From Euprymna scolopes (lineage: Eukaryota): a stretch of DNA of 64,000 nt. The stretch lies in NCBI GenBank assembly GCA_053919585.1, contig CM132802.1. One strand, 5' to 3'. This document shows, in pieces, positions 50,660-63,490 of the stretch. The notes beneath the pieces were generated by a model. The model had not been told where the DNA came from, made no database searches, and was given only the letters and a program-made list of their open reading frames with translations. Position 1 is the first letter of the stretch. Each line of letters begins with the position of its first letter. The position numbers and the translations under genes were made by a program.

Positions 50660-52739
50660 AGAGAGAGAGATAGAGAGAGAGACAGAGAGAGAATTTATAT
50701 GCGGCTATTAACAATGCAGAAATAAGCTGGGTAGATTATATAAAGAAGACTGAAAACAAAATGAAGGTAAAAGTAAAAATAAGCTTCTTTGTTTTGTTTT
50801 AATTTAATTATTTATTTATTTTATATAAATCTTACTTACATTCAGTGCCACTTCATTCACTGGAGATGTACATATGGAAGCTGTATATCACGATATTTCA
50901 GAAAAAGATTTCCTCCTCAGGTGTTATTATTTCATTCAAATTTTGTAGCTATAACAATTGTGCCTGTAATGTTAGAGAATAATGTTGGCAACAAATGCAC
51001 ATTGTAAGATAGACGTATCTATTTGAATTGATGTGTTGACTCATTTTGAATTTTTTTTATTATTTATATTAATTGTGGCTATTTACTTTACTTGCACCCA
51101 AATCCCGACATAAGGACAGATATGGAACATAGACAAGCTTATCTTGCAAAAACAATTATAATCATGTCATTTATAGATTTTTCCCCTTTAACAATGCGAA
51201 AATATACTGGATTAATAGAAGGAATAAAAGTGAGATGAAAATAAAAGTAAAAAAAAAAAAAAAATAAGCCGCCATTATTGTTGTATAAATAGTGGCACTT
51301 CAGGAGAGGATATTTTCTTTAAATGTTGTGCTATACGGGCTTCACACGTACATCTCTAGTAAACATAACAATAAAAGCAAATAAGATTTCTAATAACAAA
51401 ATATGAAAAAAAAAATAAACAAAAATAAATAAAACAGATAAATTAATTTTCACTCTTTCAAATCTTTAGTACATTCAGAGCAATGTAGTATTTGCATATT
51501 AGATAAAATCCTCAACAGTTTCTTTCAGCTAATCAGAAGTGAAAATATATTCGGTGCTGAAATTCAGCATAAACAAACACAGTGTTTTTATGCCTCTTTT
51601 CTGTTCTCAATGAAAATTGCTCCAGACAAGGTATAAAGCCACTTGATGTAAGGAGTAAAAAAAAAAAAAAAAAAATTCATGTTTAAAAATCAGTCAGCGA
51701 TAAGTGTAAAAGGGATAGATTCTTACCCAGAAAACAGCAATTTTCCCCACCTTATTAGAAACATCACTCATGGAATGTGAGGACTAGAAGACCAAATAAG
51801 AAAAGCAAAACTTATGAGACTGCTAAAAGTAAAATCAAAATCTACATTCTACTCTCTTTGAAGAGACAGCACAAGTGTGTATGCTATAATCATGCCTATT
51901 CCCTTTGGGGAGAGGCGAAGGGATTCTTCAAAAGCAACAAGACTTTCATAAATCACTAAACACAACGACCAGTAAAGTACACACACGTGTCAGTCAATGA
52001 ATGCACATATACACAAGCTTGTAGGTAGATACACTCTCTCATAAGATGCACCCTACTAGATGAACACATGCACAGATAAGTCACGCACACTGAGACACTA
52101 GCAAGACAAAGGCATGCTAATACACACACACGTGCGCACACACAAACACACATCTCCATGCTTATTTATTTACAAACATATAAAAGTGCTGAAACAAACA
52201 TGTGTACTCAATTTCTCTAATTTACTCTGAAAAATCTATTTCACTCATGAACGTTCTTTGGATACTTTAGTTGGGAGTTAAACTAAAAAGGATAAAAGAG
52301 GCTGGAGCTTGGTAGACATCGTGGGGCCTTTTAGATTAAAGACTCTTTTTGGACCTTGTCTAAGAGGAAGAAACTAGTTGTTGATGCACTAGTCCAGATA
52401 TGGCAACAATACTCCACGCATAGGCCAATGGTGATTTTGTAGTTTTGTAGGAATATAGAATGCTGGCCAGTGAGAGCAGATTTTGTCTATTTTGAATCCA
52501 ATATTATTATATGCCACCAAAAAAAAAAAAAAAAAAACGCTTCACTATCTTATTTCCAATCTTTCTCCTATCTTCCTCAGAATATTTTTGCATTGTTAAA
52601 AGCCATGTATATATTGTTTATAAATATCTTTTACCTATTTCTGAGAAAATCCTCTTAAGGTATCATTTTTTTAAATACATATTACTTAGATTATTTCTCT
52701 GGTGTCATAAAAAGTAATCACAGAAACTAATATATCTTT

Positions 52740-53210
52740 GTATTATTTGGATCATTCGGAATATTGTTCTCATCTTGAGTGTTATTCTCACAATGTCTCA
52801 GTCAATGTAACCTCCAACTTTCTTCTCGTGTCGAACTTTGGAATCTTTACAGGATTTTGAATGGCAACCTCCATTTAATCAATGAGGGAAACTTACTTTT
52901 ATTCCGTCAGTGATGACCGGATAAAAAGTGCTAAGTAATTAACAGTTCTAACAGTCTTCCAGAGGTTGAAGGTTCAATCTTCAGTACGGGCGATACTAAA
53001 AATGCAATTACAAATTACTTTAGATTTCTATCGACTCGTGGCTGATGGAATGAGAGTATGTTACCCCCATGGATTAAATAAAAGTTTCATTCGAAATTCC
53101 AAAAATTTCAACAAGGCACACCTAAAGAATGGTAGCAGTCACATCGGCCGGAACGGTGTGAGAATATAATCCAAGATTAAAGCAGTAGTCTGAATAATCC
53201 AAATACAAAA
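52740..53210. mobile_element. Penelope-like terminal repeat pair in inverted orientation
   Basis: 52745-52880 and 53070-53205 are imperfect inverted copies of a family also at ~11090-11170, 29310-29470, 36525-36600 and 37105-37260 (GAAACGTTGTGAGAATAAC..AAGATGAGA). Confidence 0.5.
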
Positions 53211-53973
53211 TAAAAATTATTTTCACTTTCGCCTTCATCTCGTTTTCTGTCCTCTTTCTATTATATCGCCATATTTCTACATTGTTAAAAGACCTATATA
53301 CGAGAACCTGTCTATGGATATCTCTTACCTATTTCTTAGAAAATCCTTTAAAAGTATCATTTTAGTAATACTTATTACGGTAAATGATGAGATCCGTCCT
53401 AAACAGAATGTGGTAAAAATAGTTTTATGTTATTTTCTTTTGTTGTTGTTGTTGTTGTTAAGATTATTACATGATAAAGAAGTATCCCGAATTAAAATCT
53501 ATTACACATGAAGTTTGAAGAAAAACTTGTTTAAAATTAGTCAATTGCTGACATAAGCGAAGTTTTTATGAGATGGCTTCATATTGAAACCGGAAGTAGG
53601 TTAAAAGTCAGATTAATTTTATGTTATTTGAAATGAAGTAAGCACTTTCATTAATGGAAAGAAATTTTAATAATTCCCAGAATAGTATTTAAGAATGATT
53701 ACTGCTGCTAAAATGCGTTTAGGAGGTGTTTTTTTTTTTAAAAAAAGGTTGTGAAACAAATATTTTTATAAATACATTTAATTTTTAATAAATTATTTTT
53801 TATAATTCAATACAAGACTTTACTTCGTTTTATTGCACATTAATTACGTTCCAGATTTTTGCATTGCTCATGATTTTTTTTTGTATCACTCAAAACAAAA
53901 AAGTGTTAAAACGTACTATTTTTCTTCCTATTACTGCATAATATTAAACTGAGTTTATATATATATATATATA

Positions 53974-55608
53974 CAATAGTGACAAAAAGATGGTCTGCAC
54001 TCGTTATTTTTTTCAAAAACTGTAAATTTAAGCTAAATTTAATGTAACCATTTAAAAAAGTTTACCTCATTTGATTCGCTTTTTATTTCTCTATAATTTT
54101 ACCTGTTCATATCTGACGTTTAATGGAAGTATCCTAATGTTCATGTCAATTCAAAAAATTAACTTCAAATCGAGAAGGTAAAAAAGAATCTCCACAGCAA
54201 CAAATTAGCTTAAAACCAGCTTAAAATATCCACAAAGAGGCAACAAATAATCTCTAATCGTAATCGTTGTTGTTCCAGATTATACAACGTAACGTTTAGT
54301 CCATATACCTCGATTTTCTCTTAGTGATCGTCAGGAGCTCATTAATCTCCACCTTTCTGGTTTATCTAATCGAGAAATCGACCGCAGATTGAAATGTGAT
54401 GAGAAAACAGTATAAATGACTGTACAAAAGCACCAAAACACTGGCAGTGTTCATGATGCCTCTAAATCTGGTCGTCCCAGAGTTACTTTATACAGAGAAG
54501 ACAATGCTATCAAGATTCACAGCCTCAGAAACAGATCTGAAAGGGCCTCCCAAATTCAAATACAGTGCAATCTTGTTAAAAAGTGCTCTCTTTCTACAGT
54601 TAAGAATAGATTGAAGGAATTTAATTTGCGAGGCTGTGTTGCAGAACGCAAGCCAATGATTTCTGTAAAGAACAGACAGCCCTGTTTGGACTTCGTCAGA
54701 TGCAATGAAAATCATTACTCTTCATATTAGTTGAAAGTGATTTTTAGCAATGAAAGCAAGTTCAATAGGCTAGGCAGTGATGGTAGGCAGTACATTTGTC
54801 AAAAGAAGGATGAAGAATTTAACCTTAGGTGCACAGTTTCAATGCTGCAAGGTGGTGGAGGTTCAGTTTTAGTGTGGGGCGTTAATATTGCCAATGGTTC
54901 AGGGACTATGGTTTGCTTGCAAGGAATTAATTCGAACAAGTACATTAATATGTTTACTGAGCATTTTCTACCCTACTTTGGCTGAGATTTGGATGATAAT
55001 CTCATCTTTATGCAGGATAATGCTCCCATTCATACAGCCGGCAATGTCAAGAAGTTCCTTGAAGAGCATGATATTCCGTGTTTGGATTCGTTCGCCTACA
55101 CAATCTCCAGACCTCAATCCTATCGAAAACGTATGGCATTACATCAAGTAACAGCTATGCAATGATAAAATTTCAAATCTAAAAGAACTTTGGACGAAAA
55201 TTAAAGAGAAGTGGGATGCCCTTTCATCAGAGTATTGCCGCAGACTAATTCAAGGAATGCCCAAAAGATTGCAGGCTGTCAAATTGCAGAAAGACTATGC
55301 TACTAAATATTAACTAGTTTATTGTGCTCCTGTTATATTTATGTTGCATTAATGTTCTAAAGTTACATTTAAATAACAATTTTCCATTGGGTGGAGTTTC
55401 CTTTTGCCTTCTATATTTGAAGTTAATTTTTTAAATTGACATGAACACTAGGATACTTCAATTAAACGTCAAATATAAACAGGTAAAATAGAGGAATAAG
55501 AGGCGAATCAAATGAGGTATAGGTTGTTTAAACAGGTATATTCAATTTAGTTTAAATTTGCGGTTTTTGAAAACATGACAAGTACAGACTTTTTTTTGGG
55601 CGCCACTG
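53974..55608 (+). mobile_element. Tc1-like (DD34E-type) transposon with long (~210 bp) TIRs, inactive
   Basis: TA-flanked; 53974-54185 is the imperfect reverse complement of ~55400-55608; internal transposase remnant. Confidence 0.9.
54305..55313 (+). pseudogene. Tc1 transposase pseudogene
   Basis: HTH (GLSNREIDRRLKC), SGRPR, VIFSNESKFN (first D mutated to N), GGGSVLVWG, FMQDNAPIH, SPDLNPIENVW, ends ATKY*; several stops and frameshifts; probable start codon reads ATA. Confidence 0.88.
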
Positions 55609-55921
55609 TATATAACTTATCGCCTATATATAATTTCATCCAAATTTTCAAAGAAACTGTTTAGGACAGTGATCTCATCATTTGCCCATGGAGTCATGAT
55701 TGTTTTTGTTTCGCTCAAGACAAAAAGAAAGTATTAAAAAGTTCTTTTGTTTTTTATTACTATGTAATATTGAATTAATTTTAACTCCAAAACATTCATC
55801 ATATCATAATCTTAAAATATATAAATATATAGCCTATATACTATTTTTACCTGAATTTTCAAAGAAACTAGTTAGGACGGTCATCTCATCATTTACTTTA
55901 ATTATTTAGGTTATTTTACTG

Positions 55922-55987
<66 letters not shown>

Positions 55988-56087
55988 CAATGACGTTTTC
56001 CCATGTCAAATAAAATGATTCTGTTTACGTTTATCATGTTGCATGTTAGCATCAACTTAACAAATTTACTGTAAAATTTCTTTTCAG

Positions 56088-59000
56088 CTCCACCTGGCCC
56101 TGAAATTCAAAAGGGGGATAGTTTTGAAAGTGAAGATACGTTTGAAGAATGTATAGAGCCAGTTATTTCTGATGATACTGATGATTTTGAAGAGTGTATA
56201 CAAGATGTAGAATCTAAAGTAACCACAGAACAGCATATTGATAAGGATGTAGTAATTCATAAAGTAGGTTATTCTCTTAAGGGGGTAGATTCGACTCAGT
56301 TTAAATCAGAAATTGTTATGTCGCCAGAATTAGAAAAACAGGAAATACATTTTGCAGTTTCACCAGAAACAGTAGTGCAGGAAGAAATCTGTATGTCAGA
56401 AAGAAGTGAGGAAATTCCTTATACTGATACAATTACTTTAGAAGTCGATAAACAAAAAGAAGAGATAGTCAAGATGGAGTTTTCTACGGATGTCTTAGCA
56501 GATTCCAGTTTCAAGAATGTTTTGATGCTGGAGCCAACAAATATTATGGTTGCTATAGATGAAGTCGATGCCGCCACAAAAGAAAAGGCACAAATTTATC
56601 TTGCAGAAGAAGGAAAAGAAATAATAGACGAAGAAAGTTCTTCAGATTTCAAGATTGGATCCGATATAATAGAGGCACAGATTTCTGAGAATTTAGCTGT
56701 TGAAAAATCAGAAATAATGAAGCAAAAAGAAGTCTGTTCTGAACAAATCCCAGAAAGTCTGAATGAAGAATATTCCATTGATTTATCGAGGGAGGCATCT
56801 CCTCTTGAAGTTGCATTGGAAATTATTAAACCTACTGATGAGCATCATAAGTTTGTGGAACAAGAAACTCAAAAGGTTGATCAAATACCGGAAGAGTTAG
56901 CTGAAGAAAATATAGATTTGTTCCCTAGGGAACCGTCTCCAATTGAACCTACACCTGAAGTTGTTGAATCTAAAGGTGTAGAGCAATATGGAGTCATGGA
57001 GAAAGGTATTCAAAAGGTTGACATGTTACCAGAGGATCTGGAGGCAGAACATACAGATTTGTTCCCAAGGGAACCGTCTCCAATTGAGTCTACACCTGAA
57101 GTTGTTGAGTCTAAGGGTGTAGAGCAATATGGAGTAATGGAAAAAGGAATTCAAAAAGTGGATCAAGTCCCAGAAGAGCTTGAAGCAGAAATGACAGACG
57201 TATTTAAGAAGGAACCTTCACCAATTGAGCCTGCACCGGAAGTTGTCAAACCTGAAGACACTGAACAGCATAGTGTTACTGAGAAAGGCGTTCAGAAGGT
57301 TGATCAAGTTCCAGAGGAGCTTGAAGCAGAAAATACAGACTTGTTCCCTAGGGAACCATCTCCAATTGAGCCTACACCTGAAGTGGTCAAACACGAAGAC
57401 ACTGAACAGCATGGAGTTACTGAGAAAGGTGTTCAGAAGGTTGATCAGGTTCCAGAGGAGCTTGAAGCAGAAAATACCGAATTGTTTCCCAGGGAACCGT
57501 CTCCAATTGAGCCTACACCTGAAGTGGTAAAACATGAAGACACAGAACAGCATGGAGTTACTGAGAAAGGTGTTCAGAAGGTTGATCAAGTTCCAGAGGA
57601 GCTTGAAGCAGAAAATACCGAATTGTTCCCCAGGGAACCATCACCTATTGAACCCACACCTGAAGTTGTCAAACATGAAGATACAGAACAGCATGATGTT
57701 ACCGAGAAAGGTGTTCAGAAGGTTGATCAAGTTCCAGAAGAGCTTGAAGCAGAAAATACAGACTTGTTCCCCAGAGAACCATCTCCAATTGAGCCTACAC
57801 CTGAACTGGTCCAACATGAAGATACTGAACAGCATGGTGTTACAGAGAAAGGCATTCAGAAGGTTGATCAGGTTCCAGAAGAGCTTGAAGCAGAAAATAC
57901 AGACTTGTTCCCCAGAGAACCGTCTCCAATTGAACCTACACCTGAACTGGTCCAACATGAAGATACCGAACAGCATGGTGTTACTGAGAAAGGCATTCAG
58001 AAAGTTGATCAAGTTCCAGAGGAGCTTGAAGCAGAAAATACAGACTTGTTCCCTAGGGAACCATCTCCAATTGAGCCTACACCTGAAGTTGTCAAACATG
58101 AAGATACCGAACAGCATGGTGTTACAGAGAAAGGTATTCAGAAGGTTGATCAAGTTCCAGAGGAACTTGAAGCAGAAAATACAGACTTATTTCCCAGGGA
58201 ACCGTCTCCAATTGAGCCTACACCTGAAGTTGTCCAACATGAAGATACCGAACAGCATGGTGTTACAGAGAAAGGTGTTCAGAAGGTTGATCAGGTTCCA
58301 GAGGAGCTTGAAGCAGAAAATACAGACTTGTTCCCCAGAGAACCGTCTCCAATTGAGCCTACACCTGAAGTTGTCAAACATGAAGATACCGAACAGCATG
58401 GTGTTACTGAGAAAGGCATTCAGAAGGTTGATCAGGTTCCAGAGGAGCTTGAAGCAGAAAATACCGAATTGTTCCCCAGGGAACCATCACCTATTGAGCC
58501 TACACCTGAAGTTGTCAAACATGAAGATACAGAACAGCATGATGTTACTGAGAAAGGTGTTCAGAAGGTTGATCAGGTTCCAGAGGAGCTTGAAGCAGAA
58601 AATACCGAATTGTTCCCCAGAGAACCGTCTCCAATTGAGCCTACACCTGAACTGGTCCAACATGAAGATACCGAACAGCATGGTGTTACAGAGAAAGGCA
58701 TTCAGAAGGTTGATCAGGTTCCAGAGGAGCTTGAAGCAGAAAATACAGACTTGTTCCCTAGGGAACCATCACCTATTGAGCCTACACCTGAAGTGGTCAA
58801 ACATAAAGATACAAAACAGCATGGTGTTACTGAGAAAGGCATTCAGAAGGTTGATCAGGTTCCAGAGGAGCTTGAAGCAGAAAATACAGACTTGTTCCCT
58901 AGGGAACCATCACCTATTGAGCCTACACCTGAAGTGGTCAAACATGAAGATACAGAACAGCATGGTGTTACTGAGAAAGGTGTTCAGAAAGTTGATCAAG

Positions 59001-62000
59001 TTCCAGAGGAGCTTGAAGCAGAAAATACAGACTTGTTCCCTAGGGAACCATCTCCAATTGAGCCTACACCTGAAGTAGTTAAGCATGAAGATACCGAACA
59101 GCATGATGTTACTGAGAAAGGTGTTCAGAAAGTTGATCAAATCCCAGAAGAGCTTGAAGCAGAAAATACAGACTTGTTTCCCAGGGAACCATCTCCAATT
59201 GAGCCCACACCTGAAGTGGTCAAATCTGAAGACACTGAACAACATGGAGTTACTGAGAAAGGTGTTCAGAAAGTTGATCAGGTTCCAGAGGAGCTTGAAG
59301 CAGAAAATACAGATTTGTTCCCTAGAGAGCCATCTCCAATTGAGCCCACACCTGAAGTTGTTCCATCTGAAGATATTGAGCGACATGGTATTACTGATAA
59401 GGAAGTTCAGAAGGTGGATCAAATACCTGAAGATCTTAAGGCAGAAAGTACAGAATTGGTTCAGAGAGAACCATCTCCAACTGAACCTATACGTGATATT
59501 ACTAAGTCGGAAGACACTGAGCATCATGATGTAACTGAGAAAGGCGTTCAAAAAGTCGATCAGATTCCAGAAATTCTTAAAGAAGAAGACACAGAGTTGT
59601 TTCCACGAGAAACTTCACCAATTGAGCCAGCAACTGATGTTGTTCAATCTCTGTGCACTGAACAGATCGATTCATCTGAACAACAAGAAATAAATGTTGA
59701 CCATGTCTCTGAAGATATGATCTTAGAAATTCTCGCTGTTGTTCCACGAGAAGAATCTCCTACCAAGCCTTCTGAAGAATTTGATCAATCAGAAAGTGTC
59801 AAAGAACATATATCAGTTGATATAACCGAGATAAAGGTTGATGCAATTGCGGGCGATGTTGAATCGGAGACTTTGCAGACGGTCATTAAAGAACTTAACC
59901 CTATTACTCCTATGTCGGAAATTGTGAAATCACCAAGCACAGAAATACTTGCTATCAGTCAAGGGTCTATTTGTACTGAAGAACTACCAGAAACAACCGA
60001 GATGGATAGATTGTTAATTGTTCCAAAAGAACATTCTCCTGGTTTAGCAGAACTTGTAATTGATGATTCTTCAGAAATTGTAATTGCAGCTGTTGAAGAA
60101 ACGACAATTAAAATGGCACCAGAGGAAATTGAAGAATTTGAAGATGCATATGAAGCATCCAGTGAAAGTTCTGAGGATTTTGCAGAATGTGAAGTATACG
60201 TTGATGTTCAGAAAGTTGAAAGAGGTATTTCAGTCTCCGAAGTTCAAAAACATGATATCACCTTAGCGGAACATGTACCAGTCGTTATGGAAATTGAAGA
60301 GCAATTTAAGAGCGAATTAAACATCCAGCCAGAAAGAAGAGTAAAAAGCAACATTGACATTAATGTAAATGAGGTTACACATCATGATATTGCAATTGTG
60401 GAACCAACCAGGAAAACTGAACAAATCCAAATAGTAAGTGCAGAATCTGTACAAAAGGTTTCTGAAAAAGTCCAATTGGATATCTGTTTAGAGAAGAAAG
60501 AAACTAAAGTAACAGAAGTGGCAGCAAAGAAAACTTACAAACAAACGGCAGAGGTAGCACCAAAGACTAAGCTGGAAGAAGTTCATTTAGAGATCGAACC
60601 AAGCAAAGAAATCGAAATCACAAAGAAAGAGACAGTTGTTAAAGAAATTGTAACAAAAGAAGAAAAACCCGTTGAAGAAACTTCTGTATTTAGGGAAGGA
60701 CTTGAAATTGCTCCCAAACCAGTTTTTGAGGAAGTTCATTTTGAGATAAAACCGCAACCAGAAATTTCAGTTACAAGGAAGGAGAAGATCGTTGAAGAAG
60801 TTATAAGTAAAGAAGAAGAAACATATGCTGAACAAACTCCTGTATTTAAAGAAGGAGTTAAAATAACGCCTAAAAAAGTATTTAAAGAAGTTCATTTTGA
60901 GATTGAACCAGAAAAGGAAATTGAAATTACTAAGAAAGAGAAAGTCGTCCAGGAAATTGTAACGAAGGAAGAAGAAAAACCTGTTGAAGAAACTGTTATA
61001 TTTAGGGAAGCGGTTGAAATTGCCCCCAAGCCAGTTTTTGAAGAAGTTCACTTTCAGATTGCTCCTGAAAAAGAAATTGAAATTACTAAGAAAGATAAAG
61101 TTGTCCAGGAAATTGTAACAAAAGAAGAAAAATCCGTTGAAGAAACTGCTGTATTCAGGGAGGGACTGGAAATTGCCCCCAAACCAGTTTTTGAGGAAGT
61201 TCATTTTGAAATTGCTCCTCAAAAGGAAATTGAAATTACTAAGAAAGAAAAAGTCATTAAAGAAATTGTAACAAAAGAAGAAGAAAAACCCGTTGAAGAA
61301 ACTGCTATGTTCAGGGAGGGACTTGAAATTGCCCCCAAACCGGTTTTTGAGGAAGTTCATTTTGAAATTGCTCCTCAAAAAGAAATTGAAATTACTAAGA
61401 AAGAGAAAGTTATTCAAGAAATTGTAACAAAAGAAGAAGAAAAACCTGTTGAAGAAACTGCTGTATTCAGGGAGGGACTTGAAATTGCCCCCAAACCAGT
61501 TTTTGAAGAAGTTCACTTTCAGATTGCTCCTGAAAAAGAAATTGAAATTACTAAGAAAGAGAAAGTCGTTAAAACAATTGTAACGAAAGAAGAAGCTGGT
61601 GTTCCTACCACAGGTCTCTTTAAGGAAGGAATAAGTTTTGATACAAAACCAACTTTTGAAGAAGTACAGCTTGATTTAAGTTTGGATGCAATACTCACTG
61701 AAAATATTACTCGAGAAGTAGTGTCTATTGAGGAAATTACTGACAGAGATGTTTCAGTCTCATCTTCTCAAGCATACACAGTTACTGAAAGTGATGTTAA
61801 AGAAGTTGAAAGTGAAGTCGTTAAAAGTCCAGACGTTTTTGAAATAAAACAAAGAGAAACAATATCAATTGAAACTATTGATAAACTTCCACTGGAAAAA
61901 CCCACGAAAGAGCCTGAACCAGCAACATTTGAGAAAGAAATCAAATTTACTCGTAAACCTCCTATTGAAGGTGTTCAGTTAGATATTTCTGTTAGTGAGC

Positions 62001-62423
62001 CAAGTATTACAGTTGTTAAGAAAGAGGTTGTTACTGAAAGCCAATCAATTGTCGTTAGTGAGGAGGTACTTAGTGCTGATAAACCTAGAGAAATCCAGGA
62101 GAAACTTCCGGTCGTGGAAGTATCTACAAAATATAAGGAAACAATAAGGTTAAACATAGTAAAAGATTTTAACGATATATGCACCTGGGCGGGTGACAGG
62201 TTTACTCTTGAGATCGTATTTGATGCATATCCTGCACCTCGAATTTCATGGTTCTTCGAGGATGAGCCAATTGAATCCACTGAAGAATTCAAGATTGTCA
62301 TTGAAGAAACGAGAACAATGATTATTGTGAAACAAGCAATCCTGGAAGATGAGGGTGAATACAGGGTCAAGATTGAGAATGAAGCTGGCTCTCTTATATC
62401 AACTGCATATGTAACAGTTCTGC
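56088..62423 (+). CDS. sls: Exon 23, giant PEVK-like repeat exon plus Ig14
   Basis: tcttttcAG; open frame from 56088 continuous with the 2037-aa ORF; ends EDEGEYRVKIENEAG...VTVL; C|gtaagt; 6336 nt, phases 1-1. Confidence 0.95.
56870..59689 (+). repeat. Coding tandem array: 20 x 141 bp (47 aa)
   Basis: Unit QKVDQVPEELEAENTDLFPREPSPIEPTPEVVKHEDTEQHGVTEKGV; first QKVD at 56870 and last at 59549, exactly 19 x 141 apart; degenerate units on both flanks. Confidence 0.95.
60551..61680 (+). repeat. Coding tandem array: about 7 x 153-159 bp (~52 aa)
   Basis: Unit EIAPKPVFEEVHFEIAPQKEIEITKKEKVIKEIVTKEEEKPVEETAVFREGL. Confidence 0.9.
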
Positions 62424-63234
62424 GTAAGTAACAAAAAGGAAAACTATAAATATAAAATCGGGCTTTTCTAATATATATTAGCAGCTTTGTCTTAATGTTA
62501 ACTCTGAAAGAATGTGCTGTTGCCCAGACAAAAAAGAACTTCCTACCAGAATTCCATTGTGCTTTGCTAATGCTGTTTTCTTGCTTGTATGATTTGGCTC
62601 TGTTAGATTATTATTTAAAATATTTACTATTAATTTAGATAATTAATTAATATAAATATATTGTACTTGATTTCAACAGAATATTTAGCCTTTTATTCTT
62701 TTAAATATTCAGGTTTTCATGGTACTATTCTGTTGATATCTCAATACGAAACATCTTAAGAACAAATCATACCCTAAATTATTCTAAGAAAATGGTTTGT
62801 TCTGAGACAACATAAAAATTCAATCGTTGTTTTTCCTCTTTTATTTTGCTGATGTATTGCGGCTTGCTTTTCTCACTGTTATAATATTGATGATAAATGT
62901 GTAGTAAGTGGTACGCATATTTTTTTAAGTAATACTAGTTAATATTTATATTTGATGTAGAATTCTAAATGCCTTCATCCTTGTGATTAAAAATACCAAT
63001 ACTTCGAAAACAAAAAATGTATGTAATTTTAGATTCTAAATTATAAAGATATTATTTCTTTATTTTCTTATTTCGTTGATTGTTATAGTTTTTAATTTTA
63101 CAAATGCTTAAATAATGTATTGATAGATTTGTATTATCATGTGAACTTCAGGGCCTTAATGTTGTCAGAATTGAATATTAAATAATATATTTTTTACAAA
63201 TCATTGTAGTTATTATTTCCGATTTAAATAAATA

Positions 63235-63490
63235 GGAACTTAGTTTCAATAAACAGTTACATACTTTAAATATATAGTTATATAGTTACAAATATTTATC
63301 TAATTTCAATAAACAGTTTCATAGTTTCAATAAACAGAAACCTAGTTTCAATATTTAATTACCTAATTTCAATAAATAGTTACCTAATTTCAATAAACAG
63401 TTACATAGCTTTAATTAAGTACCCTGTTTCAATAAACAGTTACTTACTTTCAAAATTAGGTACTTAGTTTCAATATGAAATTACCCAGTT
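63235..63490. repeat. ~22-bp minisatellite
   Basis: TAGTTTCAATAAACAGTTAC-like units. Confidence 0.8.

Larger units (their letters stand above)
1..62423 (+). other. sls: Partial titin-like gene (sallimus/kettin homolog), 23 exons in window, open at both ends
   Basis: 23 GT-AG exons join in one frame (12,400 nt) encoding 14 I-set Ig domains and E/P/V/K-rich linkers. Ig1-Ig5 motifs (GYPRPRVTWWING, YDTGQIRIFAKN, EDWRSRLRHAP, VYWQKNG, VKPSKYFKM) resemble the C-terminal Ig run of insect kettin as I recall it; BLAST confirmation is needed. Confidence 0.85.

Noticed and set aside
57534-59078. 514-aa alternative-frame ORF and several antisense ORFs over the repeat array
   Set aside because: A 141-bp unit that lacks a stop in another frame propagates an open frame. 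It is interrupted wherever a synonymous change creates a stop, so it is a by-product.
56870-59689. Regular repeats as a CRISPR array
   Set aside because: Contiguous in-frame coding repeats without unique spacers, in a spliced eukaryotic gene.
60767-61516. 249-aa Phe-rich antisense ORF
   Set aside because: Mirror of GAA/AAA-rich Glu/Lys codons in the second array.
62424-62431. TAA at 62429-62431 as the end of the gene
   Set aside because: It lies inside a canonical C|GTAAGT donor, in the same phase as the other Ig-end introns. The gene most likely continues beyond the window.
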